Assembly (NCBI GenBank): GCA_965218795.1 | Contig: OZ244653.1 | Location: 4,736,001 to 4,800,000 of the forward strand | DNA from: a bacterium | Lineage (GTDB): Bacteria; UBA8248; JACPRG01; G963555815 | DNA length: 64,000 nt | Reading direction: 5' to 3' | Shown: one piece after another, positions 37,185 through 47,596 of the stretch | Layout: each line of letters begins with the position of its first letter | Numbering within the stretch: position 1 is the stretch's first letter | Notes under the pieces: model-generated | Told to the model about the DNA's origin: nothing | Seen by the model: only the letters and a program-made list of their open reading frames with translations | Database searches by the model: none | Program-made: the position numbers and the translations under genes

Positions 37185-38353
37185 CTACGGCCCGATGTGG
37201 GTCCCGATGCTGTCGCCCACCCGGGTCGCGGCCTCCTTCTCTGCATCCCGCATCAGGTGCGCGTACCGCGCCGTGGTCCCCACCTTCCTGTGACCGAGCA
37301 GCTTCCCGATCGTGGGCAGGCTCTCGCCCAGCGCCAGGGCCCTCGATGCATAGCTGTGCCGGATGTCGTGAATCCGAACGTCATCAAGCCCGGCCAGCGC
37401 CCGGATGGATTGCCAGTAGTTATCGAGCTTCGTCAGACCGGTCCCCGGCCTTTGTCCGGCAAGCACCCAGGGAGTGTGCCGTCGATACGGGGAATGCCGT
37501 CGAGCACCGCCAGCACAGGCGCGGTCAGGGGCACCATGCGCGGACCCGCCTTGGCGTCCCTGAGCCTCAGCTCGCCCGCCGTGCGGTCCACGTCGTCCCA
37601 ACGCAGGGTCAGGCTCTCGCTCTTCCGGCATCCGGTCAGCATCAGCAGGCGAAGCGCCGCAATCGCCGGCGGCCACACCGAGCCGTCCGCCTCCGCCTCC
37701 TGCAATACCCGGCCCAGCCGCCGGAACTCCTCCGGCGTCAGAAATCGTTCGCGCGACCGCGTCTTGTAGCGGCGCACCGACCGGCACGGGTTCCGTCCGG
37801 GCGGTATTCTTTCCCACGCCTCGGCCAGCGAGAACATTTTCGACAGAATCTTGACTACCCGGTTGGCCGTGTTGGGCGTGTCACGCAGAAGGTGATGCAG
37901 CGCCGAAATCTCCCGTCGTCCGACCTCGCCGATCGCCTTCCCGCCCAACACCGGCAAGATGTGCTTGTCGAGCATGAACCGATACGTTGCGGCGGTGCTC
38001 GGCTTGCAATGCGCCATGACATGGACGCGCATGAAGCGTTCGACCAGTTCGGCCACGGTGAGCTCCGATTCGGGCGGCGCGGGCACGGGGTCCTCGCCCC
38101 GCTTGATGCGGTCGATGACCACGGCCGCCCGTTTCCTCGCCTCATCGGTCGACATGTCCCCATGCCGCCCGAGGGTCACTCGCTTCGGTCCGGTCAGCCC
38201 CCGGGACTGGACCACGTAGACCTTGCGGCCCGTGGCATGGACCCGCACCCCGAAGCCCGCCAGGTCCCGATCCCAGAAGACGGCATCCTCGGCTTCGACG
38301 GTGAGTGCATCGACGGTGAGCTTGGAGATCCTGAGCTCGCTTCTTCTGGGCAT
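37185..38353 (-). pseudogene. tyrosine recombinase/integrase with N-terminal arm-binding domain (copy 1; frameshift near 37474-37478)
   Basis: FWDRDLAGFGVRV, TGCRKSE, DAKAG, then a frameshift, then PWVLAG...HDIRHSYAS, LLGH, ARYAH. Confidence 0.9.
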
Positions 38354-38402
38354 GGTCCTCCTTAAAAATTCCACCACGGGCTTTTGGGCCTGTGGAGGGC
38401 GC

Positions 38403-38933
38403 TTACTGCCATCCGGGGTGCCAGCCGTATTCGGAGCGTATGCCGCGCAAGTAGGCGATTTGTCCCGTATGCTGGATGATCTCCGAGGTCAGCAAGGTCA
38501 GCTGTTGGCCCATCGTCTTGAGGCCCGCGACCTCGCGCTTCATCTTGCGGTCGAAATCCTCATCCGAGCAGCTCCGAAAAAAACGGACGGTTTCTTTTCG
38601 CACGGCCGCCTGATAGTCCATGACGGTCTCCAAATCGGGGATTTCAAACGCGCCGGCTTCCTCGGGCGTGAACCCGTAGCCCGTGTACTCCGGATCGGCG
38701 GACTTCCCGAACCTTTCATGCCACCCTTGGTTGATCCAGACTTGCTCCCGCTCCTCGAATTCCGAAATGACGTAGTCTTCTTCCCGCGACATATGCCACA
38801 ACATGAAACGAGCCGGATTCACTTTTGGATCGGGACGGTATGCCAGGTCCTTCTCCGACATGCCTTCCACGGCAAGATCAAGGGTGCGCTTCAAGCGGTC
38901 GAGAACGGAGATGAGAAATTCGGGCGCATTCAT
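38403..38933 (-). CDS. DinB/YfiT-family protein
   Basis: NPARFMLWHMSREED and EIIQHTGQIAYLRG. Confidence 0.85.
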   Translation of the reverse strand: MNAPEFLISVLDRLKRTLDLAVEGMSEKDLAYRPDPKVNPARFMLWHMSREEDYVISEFEEREQVWINQGWHERFGKSADPEYTGYGFTPEEAGAFEIPDLETVMDYQAAVRKETVRFFRSCSDEDFDRKMKREVAGLKTMGQQLTLLTSEIIQHTGQIAYLRGIRSEYGWHPGWQ

Positions 38934-39040
38934 CGTCTGGGGTCTCCGAAAGCCTTTCGTTGAAGGGGTGGGAGAGGGGATATCGGCAATCGGTCAGCAG
39001 GGTGGATACCGACGTGCCGCGGATCCCCGTCTTGCATGGC

Positions 39041-40807
39041 CTAGTGGTGATCGGATTGCCTCAGATCCTTGAGATGCAGTTGAAGGTTCTCTTGCCCGTT
39101 CCACCGATTGATTTCCGGCTCGAAAACAACGTCGACGGATACATCCGGACGTGAAAGGAATTCCAGTCGCTCCTCGTTTCCCATTCCAAACCCGATGGCT
39201 TCCGCAGAGTGGCCGGAATTCGGATCGTGAAGCTCGAGCTTCAGATGGCGACCCTCCTTGCCCACCGCCCGGATGCCTCCGGTCACCTTGAGATCTTGCG
39301 ACCAGAAAAGGGGGCGAACGTTCCCCGGACCGAAGGGCGACATTCGCTCCAGCGCTTCCAGCGTGTCGAAGGTCAAGTCCGAAAGCTCCAGGCGGGCCTC
39401 GACCGTAAGCGCCGGGACTGGAGCGGGACCCGACATCCGTTCCCGGGAGACCTGTGAAAACCGCTCGATGAAATCATCCAACCGATCCCTCTTGATGGTC
39501 AGGCCCGCCGCGAACTCGTGCCCTCCGAATTTTTCCAGCAGGTCGGAACATTCGGCCAACGCCTGATAAAGATGAAACTCACCGATTGACCGGCCGGACC
39601 CGACCCCTTCTTCTCCCGCCAGTCCGATGAGAATCACGGGAAGACAGAACTCCTCCGTCAGCTTCGACGCCACAATGCCAAGAACGCCCGGGTGCCACCC
39701 ATCGCCTCCCATGACGATGGGTCGGTCCGTCTCGATCCCGTCACGAAGGAGCCGCTTCCGGACTTCCTCATGAACGCGATCTTGAACGCCTTGACGTTCT
39801 CCGTTAAGCCGATCCAATTCAGAGGCCAGGCGGGTGGCTTGCGCAGGATCGTTCTCCAGAAGAATGGCGAGGGCCAGATCCACTTGGCCCAACCGTCCCG
39901 CGGCGTTGATGCGGGGCCCCAACTGGAACGCCACCTGCCCATAGGACAGGCTCATCACCCCGGCGCGGGGCTCGGGTGAGATCCCTGCCATGCGGATCAG
40001 GGACCGGAGGCCCGGACGGGAGGAGGCGGCCAGTTCCTGAAGGCCATGACGGAGAAGTATCCGATTTTCGCCCTGGATGTCGACCACATCGGCGACCGTG
40101 GCCAGCGCCACCAGATCGAGTAATCGCCTGAGATTTGGGAAGTCTCCCGTCCAGCCGGCGTCCCGTAGCGCGCGTCGGAGTCCCACCAAAAACTTGAAAC
40201 CGATTGCTGTACCGCAAAGCGACTTGTCGGGATATCCGCAACCGGGCTGGTGAGGATCCACCACGGCATGCGCCGGGGGGAGTTCTTCAAGGGGCTGGTG
40301 ATGGTCTGTGACGATCACATCAAAGCCTTCTTCGACGGCGGCCTTCACCTCGGCGATGTTCGTGATTCCACAGTCGACAGTGATGAGAAGCCCTCTTCCC
40401 TTTCGGACCAAAGATTGGAGGGCTTTCCGGTTGAGGCCGTATCCCTCGGTGAGCCGGTCCGGGATATACCTTTCAACCGCCCGGCCCAGTGAGCGGAAAA
40501 ACTGGACCACCAAGGCGGTCGCACAAACGCCATCCACGTCATAATCGCCATACACGATGATCCGTTCGCCGTCCGTAACGGCGCGCGCGGTGCGCTCCAC
40601 TGCCCGTTGCATCCCTGCCATCAGGAAGGGGTCATGAAGTCCCTCTATGGATGCTTCGAGAAAATTTCGAGTCGTTTCCGTTTTCGAAAATCCACGGTTC
40701 CAAAGGAGGCCCGCGACGAGAGGGGGAAGGCTCAGGGACTGGGCGAGTCTTCCGGATTCGGCCGGCGCTGCATTCGCAAGCCGCCAAGGGTAGCGGCCCC
40801 CGCTCAT
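39041..40807 (-). CDS. recJ: single-stranded-DNA-specific exonuclease RecJ
   Basis: YGDYDVDG, EGYGLN, TVDCG, TDHH, ATVADVV, PRINAAGRL, GSGRS, FGGHEFAAG. An alternative GTG start at 40849 overlaps the dacB stop. Confidence 0.96.
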   Translation of the reverse strand: MSGGRYPWRLANAAPAESGRLAQSLSLPPLVAGLLWNRGFSKTETTRNFLEASIEGLHDPFLMAGMQRAVERTARAVTDGERIIVYGDYDVDGVCATALVVQFFRSLGRAVERYIPDRLTEGYGLNRKALQSLVRKGRGLLITVDCGITNIAEVKAAVEEGFDVIVTDHHQPLEELPPAHAVVDPHQPGCGYPDKSLCGTAIGFKFLVGLRRALRDAGWTGDFPNLRRLLDLVALATVADVVDIQGENRILLRHGLQELAASSRPGLRSLIRMAGISPEPRAGVMSLSYGQVAFQLGPRINAAGRLGQVDLALAILLENDPAQATRLASELDRLNGERQGVQDRVHEEVRKRLLRDGIETDRPIVMGGDGWHPGVLGIVASKLTEEFCLPVILIGLAGEEGVGSGRSIGEFHLYQALAECSDLLEKFGGHEFAAGLTIKRDRLDDFIERFSQVSRERMSGPAPVPALTVEARLELSDLTFDTLEALERMSPFGPGNVRPLFWSQDLKVTGGIRAVGKEGRHLKLELHDPNSGHSAEAIGFGMGNEERLEFLSRPDVSVDVVFEPEINRWNGQENLQLHLKDLRQSDHH

Positions 40808-40845
40808 CTCTTTGGGGCTTTCGGCAGAGCGGCTGATGGGAGGCC

Positions 40846-42420
40846 TCACTTTCTTTGATAAGGGGCCCGTTTCCGGGCGATGGTTCGCCTGTCGAGCCGA
40901 ACCAGATCCAGTGTGATCCGATCCTGGAGTTGTCTCATCCGCCAATGCGAACATCGGTCTCCATTCATCAGAATTGAAAAAGCGATTACGTCGCCATCCA
41001 TGCTGAACGCGTAGCCCGACAGCGTGTCAACACCGTCGAGGGTTCCGGTCTTCGCCCGAATTCGCCGCTCGGCCAGCGTGTCGTCGAGCCGATTTTGAAT
41101 CGAGCCATCGACCCCCATGACGGCGAGAGAAGCCACAAACTCAGGCCGAAACCGGATGTCGTCGTACATGTCGGCCAGTACGCGCACCAACTGGGCCGGG
41201 CTGACTCTGCTTTTCCTGGAAAGTCCCGCCCCGTCATCCACAACGAAGGATCCGCTCTGGTGGCCGAGACGGTTCATGTACCGGCCGACTACGGAGATTC
41301 CCTTGGCGCGCGTGCCGGGAGCGCCTTCGATTTCGGCGCCCAACGTCTTCAGGACCTGCTCGGCAATGAAGTTGTTACTCCATTTGTTCAGGTCCGAGAG
41401 AATGATGGACAGAGCTTTTGATTTATGACTTGTCAACATGCCGGCGGACCTGGGGGTTTTCCCCCGCCGGACGATTCCGGTGAAGGAGATTCCTTCCGAG
41501 TTGAGGAATTCGCGGAAGGTATGCCCCAAATAAAAGGTCGGGTGGGTAATGCTGATCCAGAGTTGCCTCGCACGGCTTCCGGCGGGGAGTTGGCCCTCCA
41601 GGATGATCCTGTCTCCATCGGCGTGTGACGCCCGCCGGACCCGTAGATTGGCCTTTCGGCGCCGTCCGACGGTCTTCGCTCTGTTGACCAGCTGGACGTA
41701 GGGTGAGTCCGGGTCGACAACCGTACGCGGCGGACCGCCTATGATCCGGCTGGGCTCGACATAGATGCCCAGGGAATTGAAATTCAACGATGCTGCGCCA
41801 TTGGGAGCTTGATAAGGTTTCAGCCCCTGCTCCCCTTTCGTTCCGGGTACGAAACGTTCCGAATCGAAGAACCCGTCATCCACGAACAAGCCGCCCCTGA
41901 TCTCTCGAAGCCCCGCCCGCTTCAACGCCCGAACCAGCATCCACAGCTCTTCACTCACGAGGCTGGGGTCTCCGAACCCCTTCAAGTAGAGGTCACCCTC
42001 CAGAACCCCGGACGAGAACTGACCTGTGTAGTACACGTTGGTTCTGAATCGAAAATTGGGTTTGAGGTAATGAAAGGCCGCCGCTGTCGTCAGTATCTTG
42101 ATATTGGAGGCGGGAATAAAGAGCTCATCTCCCCGGAGGTCATAAAGCACCTCCCTGGAGTTTAACGAGAAAGCCCGGATTCCAACCCGGTTCTTATGGA
42201 GGCACGCTTTCTTGAGATGGGTTGCCAGCCTCCGCTTCAGGATCGGAATTCCACGAGGCTTGGCCGAAGCCTTCCGCGCCTTGATGACGCGCGCCCTTTT
42301 GTCGGCCGCGTCCGGTCCCGGTGGCGCGGCGAATACGGCGATCAACAAAACTGACAGGGAGGCCCTTCTGAGAGATCCGAGTCGGGATTTGCTCATCGAT
42401 CCGGTTTCAGGTTTGGACAT
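40846..42420 (-). CDS. dacB: D-alanyl-D-alanine carboxypeptidase/endopeptidase (PBP4, S13)
   Basis: PASNIK (SxxK), GFGDPSL, SNN (SxN), DGAGLSR, AKTGTL (KTG). N-terminal signal or anchor. Confidence 0.95.
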   Translation of the reverse strand: MSKPETGSMSKSRLGSLRRASLSVLLIAVFAAPPGPDAADKRARVIKARKASAKPRGIPILKRRLATHLKKACLHKNRVGIRAFSLNSREVLYDLRGDELFIPASNIKILTTAAAFHYLKPNFRFRTNVYYTGQFSSGVLEGDLYLKGFGDPSLVSEELWMLVRALKRAGLREIRGGLFVDDGFFDSERFVPGTKGEQGLKPYQAPNGAASLNFNSLGIYVEPSRIIGGPPRTVVDPDSPYVQLVNRAKTVGRRRKANLRVRRASHADGDRIILEGQLPAGSRARQLWISITHPTFYLGHTFREFLNSEGISFTGIVRRGKTPRSAGMLTSHKSKALSIILSDLNKWSNNFIAEQVLKTLGAEIEGAPGTRAKGISVVGRYMNRLGHQSGSFVVDDGAGLSRKSRVSPAQLVRVLADMYDDIRFRPEFVASLAVMGVDGSIQNRLDDTLAERRIRAKTGTLDGVDTLSGYAFSMDGDVIAFSILMNGDRCSHWRMRQLQDRITLDLVRLDRRTIARKRAPYQRK

Positions 42421-42928
42421 GTGAGAGTTTCTCGCGGCGTCTTGGGTCTTCCATTAAGCCCGTGATCACCAACCCGAGAAAGGCGGCCAAGATATTGAAC
42501 CCCACATCACGGATCTCTCCAACGCGATTTGGCAACAAATACTGGATCCATTCGTCCAATATCCCAACCCACGTCGAAAGACCCAAAACGGCGAATCTCA
42601 GCGGCCAGAATCCCGAACGGGGCCAGGTCGAATCCATGCAACGGTATGTTAAATAGCTAAAGAACCCGTACTCGAAAAAGTGAATCTGTTCGATCAAGGT
42701 GTCGACGACCCAGAAGAATTGTAAAAAGATCAGGAAGCAGACGGCCAGAATTCCCCCCTTCCACCACTTCCATTGATTGCGGTCGATCAAGACACGTACG
42801 CCTTTGAAAAAAACCCATATCGCGGCCAAGATCAGCAGGACGGTCATAGTGACGACGGCCGGCCGGCCGAACCCACGGCGTATCGGTACCCACATCAGGG
42901 GCGTGAGAGGCAAGGTCGCCAGGATCAA
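42407..42928 (-). CDS. VanZ-like membrane protein
   Basis: EQIHFFEYG, GILDEWIQYLLPNRVGEIRDVGFN. The frame stays open upstream to about 43000, so the start is uncertain. Confidence 0.8.
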   Translation of the reverse strand: MILATLPLTPLMWVPIRRGFGRPAVVTMTVLLILAAIWVFFKGVRVLIDRNQWKWWKGGILAVCFLIFLQFFWVVDTLIEQIHFFEYGFFSYLTYRCMDSTWPRSGFWPLRFAVLGLSTWVGILDEWIQYLLPNRVGEIRDVGFNILAAFLGLVITGLMEDPRRREKLSHVQT

Positions 42929-43652
42929 TGACGTATAGAAAGCGAGAAAGGACCATCGGGAGAGCAGAGGCTTTTTCGGGTCACGAGCAAGACTCAGAAT
43001 TCATGCCCCCTGATGCTGGTTCCATCGAGGAAAACAACCCATCTTCCAGTCAAAATCCATGATAGAGGCGGGATTGAGAAAGTTCAAGGACCAGTATGCT
43101 CAACCTTATATCTGTTTCAGCATCCAGGCAGGCGAGGGGGCTACTGTAAATCCGCACAGGGGAGCGACGTTGCTGAGACCAAGCCGCTCTTGCTGTATTG
43201 CAGCATGATATCTTTCATTCGAGTGCTGATAACCCTGGTGTCACCCGATTTCTTCACCGAGCAGGAAGACTTGCATGATGGAATCAAGATGCTGGACCGG
43301 CACTCCGGGGGATACCGTCTGCTGGTCAGCGGCTCAGGATGGCGCGGAACGGTTTGTTTCCCCAAACCCATACGATCATCGGCGGAAGGAAATCGAGGGT
43401 GACGGTTCTGACCCTGGAGGACGTATTCATGCGACTATGGGGAGAGCTGTTGATCGGCCGACCGCTGAAACGCTCCAGGTCCGAAATTTCATCGAAACCT
43501 CGGAAAAGAAATTGCCCTGTTTGGTTCACGCTCGAATTTCTCATCGCATTCTCCTCGGATCATCCCCATCCGGCTCCCGCTTGTCGATGTCCTCAATCCG
43601 TGGCAAATTGAAGGGGGTATTGGGAGAGATTGCAAGGACAGGGAGAGATTTC

Positions 43653-43892
43653 ATGCGGATCGCATATATGCTGATAAAGGTGGATGTCGGAAAGGTCGAT
43701 AGCGTGGCCAGCAGCCTGATTGAAATCGAGGAGGTCACGGAAGTCTACTCGGTTTCAGGTTCCTACGACATTCTCGCCAAGGTTCTCGTAGATGATTACG
43801 ACCAATTCGGAGACGTGATTCCGAAGAAAATTCACACGATTTCGTTCATTCGAGAGACGAATACACTGTTGGCATATGCTGCATTCACGTAG
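43653..43892 (+). CDS. stand-alone Lrp/AsnC ligand-binding (RAM) domain protein
   Basis: AYMLIKVDVGKV...EVYSVSGSYDILAKV...IRETNTL. RBS GGGAG. Confidence 0.9.
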   Translation: MRIAYMLIKVDVGKVDSVASSLIEIEEVTEVYSVSGSYDILAKVLVDDYDQFGDVIPKKIHTISFIRETNTLLAYAAFT

Positions 43893-44011
43893 ACGCGGAA
43901 ACGAAGGTATGGGACCGGGTGCCTTCCGTTCAGGTTGCCTCATGTGAATTCCGGTCCGATTCCGATATTCATACAGCCACCGCACGTATGAGAATTGAAC
44001 GGGGAGAGGTC

Positions 44012-44713
44012 ATGTCGAAAGATTTCGAAGGCTTGAAACAAAAACTGGTCCTCGCGCACAAGATCATGGCCGCCGCGGGGGTTCTTCAAATGAATCTAGG
44101 TCATGCCAGTGTGCGTCTCCCCGAGGGCGACCGGGTCTTGATTCTGGGTCACCTGCATGACGTCGGAAAGGTCTTCGAAACGGCGAGCGTCGATGATCTG
44201 AGTATTATGGACTTGGATGGAAATCATCTGGACGGGGATTTGGAGCCGCCCGGGGAACGTTACATTCATTCCGGGATCTATCGATTGCGTCCTGATGTCG
44301 GCGCCGTGGTCCACGCGCATCCATTTTCGGCCGTGGCCTGCACCATTGCCGGTCAGGACATCCTTCCCGTGGGCCACTGGGGGACAGTATTCGCGCCCAA
44401 GGTTCCGGTCTATCCCAGTTCCGAGCAGATCGAATCGCAGGAGATGGGCGAGGACATCGCCAGGGTGATGGGAGATGCGCCCGCGGTCCTGCTGTCCCAT
44501 CACGGGGCGGCCTCCGCGGCGAAGTTTCTCGAACAGGCCGTCGCAGTGATGCTGAGTCTGGAGCACGCGGCCAAACTCATCGCGGAGGCGAGCAAGATGG
44601 GAACGCCCATCCCGCTTCCCCGCGAACAGATTGAAAGCGACATGGCCGTCAATCTGGACCGACCTTCCTTCTGGCAGAATCCCTGGGCCTTTTGGTCTTC
44701 GAAGATCGCCTAG
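44012..44713 (+). CDS. class II aldolase/adducin family protein
   Basis: GHASVR, PPGERYIHSGIYRLRPDVGAVVHAH, LLSHHG. Confidence 0.92.
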   Translation: MSKDFEGLKQKLVLAHKIMAAAGVLQMNLGHASVRLPEGDRVLILGHLHDVGKVFETASVDDLSIMDLDGNHLDGDLEPPGERYIHSGIYRLRPDVGAVVHAHPFSAVACTIAGQDILPVGHWGTVFAPKVPVYPSSEQIESQEMGEDIARVMGDAPAVLLSHHGAASAAKFLEQAVAVMLSLEHAAKLIAEASKMGTPIPLPREQIESDMAVNLDRPSFWQNPWAFWSSKIA

Positions 44714-44917
44714 CCCATACGGCTCAAGACTCCGGCGACTGTTTCGGGGTAGCTCTCGTGGGGGATCCGCATCCATCATAGCGGATGAGTCAGTGGATAG
44801 ACCTCGTGATGCGAGGTATTTCCCCTTTCCGCTTTTCTGGCCGGATAAAAAAATGGACATCTGACGGTTCGGATGGATGGGATGTTAGCGGAACGCAGAA
44901 GGATCAGGCTTTTTTAA

Positions 44918-44946
44918 TTGGGAAAGAGACCGTGGTGCCTTATATT
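44918..44946 (+). promoter_or_regulatory. candidate sigma70 promoter
   Basis: TTGGGA-17 nt-TATATT upstream of the BI-1 gene. Confidence 0.3.
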
Positions 44947-45069
44947 GTTAGAGAGTAGCCCACCGGCGGGGATGGCCGAATTCGAAGGTAAGGTTTGGCG
45001 GACCCGCTGGATACCGCGCGAATGACCCTGAGTCGGATTTTGGGTTTGAACGAGGGAGGTATCAGGACA

Positions 45070-45786
45070 ATGGCTCGAGAAGGTATTGGCATTCAATCCG
45101 AAACCCAAGCCCGTCCGCTTGCCCAGGAACAGGCGGCGGCATTCCTGCGACAAGTGTATTGGTGGATGACCGTCGGCCTCTGCGTCACGGGCATCGCAGC
45201 TTGGGCGGTCGTGGTTTCGCCGGGAATGCAGCGGTTGATCTTCGGCAATCAGCTGGTTTTCTTCGGTCTGATCATCGCCCAGTTGGTCATGGTCTTCAGC
45301 CTGAGCGCCAGGGTGCAGCGGTTAAGCGTCCAAGGGGCGGCGGGGATGTTCCTCGTCTACTCCCTGCTGATGGGCCTCACGTTGTCCTCCATCTTCATGG
45401 TCTATACGACCAGCTCGATTACAGCCGTGTTCTTCATCACTGCGGGCACCTTCGGGGCGACCAGCTTATGGGCATATACGACAAAGCGTGACCTGTCCTC
45501 GTGGGGAAGTTTTTTCTTCATGGGGCTGATCGGGATCATCATTGCGTCCGTGGTCAACATCTTTCTCCAAAGCTCCGCCCTTCACTGGGCGATCAGCTAT
45601 ATCGGCGTGCTTGTGTTCGTCGGCCTGACGGCCTACGACACGCAACAGATTACGCTGATCGGAGCTCAGGGATTTGAGGATGAGGCGACGGCCACAAAGT
45701 CCTCGATCATCGGCGCCCTCAGGTTGTACCTGGACTTCGTCAACCTGTTCATCATGCTGCTTCGAATCTTCGGCAGCAGGAATTAA
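45070..45786 (+). CDS. Bax inhibitor-1/YccA family membrane protein
   Basis: FLRQVYWWM, TTKRDLS, GLTAYDTQ, GALRLYLDFVNLFIMLLRIFG, seven TM helices. Confidence 0.95.
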   Translation: MAREGIGIQSETQARPLAQEQAAAFLRQVYWWMTVGLCVTGIAAWAVVVSPGMQRLIFGNQLVFFGLIIAQLVMVFSLSARVQRLSVQGAAGMFLVYSLLMGLTLSSIFMVYTTSSITAVFFITAGTFGATSLWAYTTKRDLSSWGSFFFMGLIGIIIASVVNIFLQSSALHWAISYIGVLVFVGLTAYDTQQITLIGAQGFEDEATATKSSIIGALRLYLDFVNLFIMLLRIFGSRN

Positions 45787-45854
45787 GATTTCCCTGGCTG
45801 AAGGCCAGTGGGGAACCCATACCGAGGCTCGATGAAACTGTCTCGATTTGAAGG

Positions 45855-45887
45855 GACGCCGCTCTATCAAGGGCGGCGTCTTTTTTT
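45855..45887 (+). terminator. rho-independent terminator
   Basis: GACGCCGCTCT-ATCA-AGGGCGGCGTC followed by T7. Confidence 0.85.
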
Positions 45888-45947
45888 GCGATAAACCGAG
45901 TCGATTCCAATTTGGCGGATGGGATCCCGGTGAATCCCCGGCCCCGC

Positions 45948-47450
45948 TTATCGCATTCCCTGCTCCGCCATTTCGACTGCGCGGATCAGCGCACGCCCCT
46001 TGTTCATCGTCTCCTCGAATTCCCGTTCCGGTACGGAATCCGCCACGATGCCCGCGCCCACGCCCAGATAGGCCCGGCCGTCTTTGATGACCAGCGTTCG
46101 AATGGCGATGCAGGTGTCCATGTTCCCCGAGAATGAGAAGTATCCGACGGCTCCCGCGTAAGGCCCGCGCCGAACGGGTTCGAGCTCCTCGATGATCTCC
46201 ATCGCCCGGACCTTCGGGGCCCCTGAGACCGTACCCGCGGGAAAACAGGCGCGCAACACGTCATAGGCGTCGCGTCCCGCTTCCAACTGTGCCCGAACGT
46301 TGCTCACAATGTGCATCACATGAGAGTATCGCTCGATGACCATCAGTTCATTGACCTCTACGGTTCCCCTCGTCGCCACCCGACCGACATCGTTGCGCCC
46401 CAGATCGACCAGCATGATATGTTCTGCGCGCTCTTTCTCATCCGAGAGGAGGTCCCTCTCGAGCGCCCGATCCTCCTCCTCCGTGCCGCCCCGCGGACGT
46501 GTTCCCGCAATCGGCCGGACCTCGACTCGATCCTCTTCGAGGCGGACCAGCACTTCCGGCGACGATCCGACGAGTTTCAGGTCCCCGAATTGGAGATAGA
46601 ACATGTAGGGGGAAGGGTTGATGGTTCGGAGAGATCGGTACATGTCGAACGGATCGGCCGACACCCTCGCGCTGAGCCTCTGGGCCAGGACGACCTGAAT
46701 GATCTCCCCCGCGTGAACCTTTTCACGGGCCTCGGCCACGGCCGTTTCGAAGGAAGCCCTGTCGCTGAAGCTGGACGACCAATCGGATATCGCTGAGATC
46801 GACTGCGTCGTATCAATGGAACCGGCCCAGTCCGGCAAGGGTTGTTTCAATCGGTCGATAATGTTCTCAATCCGTTCGATGCCGTCCTGATAAGCGGAAC
46901 GGATGGCTTCGTCACTGCTCCCGCGGATGCGGACATTGGCGACAACCTTGATTTTCTGGGAGATATTGTCGAACACCAACAAAGCGTCCGTCACCATGAA
47001 CTGGGCGTCCGGCAACCCGAGATCGTCCTCGGCCTGATCGGGAAGACGCTCAAAAAATCGGACCATGTCATAGGAGAGATACCCGACGGCCCCGCCGTAA
47101 AAACGTGGAAGTCCGTCGACAGGAACAGGCCGGTATTCCGCCATCAGGTCCTTCAGCGCATCGAGCGGATCGCCTTCCGCTTCCCAGGATTCCGTCTGAC
47201 CATTCCGTTCAAACGTGATGGTCCTCCCTTTTGTGCGGATAATCGTCGAGGCGTCGGCGCCGAGGAAGCAATACCGCGCCCATTTCTCTCCCCCCTCGAC
47301 GCTTTCAAGAAGAAAGGCATTCTCCCCCTCCGCGATTTTCAAAAAAGCGGAGACAGGCGTCTCCAGGTCCGCCAGGATTTCCTTGTAGACGGGAATGAGG
47401 TTGCCCTGTCGTGTTTTCTCTCGAAACTCATCTTGAGATGGGTAGTACAT
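45948..47450 (-). CDS. trpE: anthranilate synthase component I
   Basis: ADLETPVSAF, FLLESVEGGE, QVVLAQR, NPSPYM, GSSPE, PIAGTRPRG, EHIMLVDLGRND, FPAGTVSGAPK. Confidence 0.96.
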   Translation of the reverse strand: MYYPSQDEFREKTRQGNLIPVYKEILADLETPVSAFLKIAEGENAFLLESVEGGEKWARYCFLGADASTIIRTKGRTITFERNGQTESWEAEGDPLDALKDLMAEYRPVPVDGLPRFYGGAVGYLSYDMVRFFERLPDQAEDDLGLPDAQFMVTDALLVFDNISQKIKVVANVRIRGSSDEAIRSAYQDGIERIENIIDRLKQPLPDWAGSIDTTQSISAISDWSSSFSDRASFETAVAEAREKVHAGEIIQVVLAQRLSARVSADPFDMYRSLRTINPSPYMFYLQFGDLKLVGSSPEVLVRLEEDRVEVRPIAGTRPRGGTEEEDRALERDLLSDEKERAEHIMLVDLGRNDVGRVATRGTVEVNELMVIERYSHVMHIVSNVRAQLEAGRDAYDVLRACFPAGTVSGAPKVRAMEIIEELEPVRRGPYAGAVGYFSFSGNMDTCIAIRTLVIKDGRAYLGVGAGIVADSVPEREFEETMNKGRALIRAVEMAEQGMR

Positions 47451-47478
47451 GGTTCTCTCTGGGATGATACCGCAATCC

Positions 47479-47511
47479 AAAAAAAAAGCCGCGGGCTGAA
47501 CCGCCCACGGC
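47479..47511 (-). terminator. attenuator terminator of the trpE leader
   Basis: Minus strand GCCGTGGGC-GGTTCA-GCCCGCGGC-T9, about 28 nt before the trpE ATG. Confidence 0.9.
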
Positions 47512-47539
47512 CTACAGGAATCTGAGATGTCGATTCAGG

Positions 47540-47596
47540 CTACGGGCGAAGTTGTCCTCCGTTCCACCACCGCTGTTCGCCCGTTGACCAAATCAT
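47540..47596 (-). CDS. trpL: trp leader peptide MIWSTGEQRWWNGGQLRP
   Basis: An 18-codon ORF with tandem Trp codons plus a third Trp and a GAGG RBS. It is followed by alternative hairpins and the terminator. Confidence 0.88.
   Translation of the reverse strand: MIWSTGEQRWWNGGQLRP

Noticed and set aside
37085-38365. 426-aa plus-strand ORF
   Set aside because: Antisense shadow of the integrase.
43275-43652. Long N-terminal extension of the Lrp/AsnC ORF
   Set aside because: No HTH motif; the RBS and domain boundary support a start at 43653.
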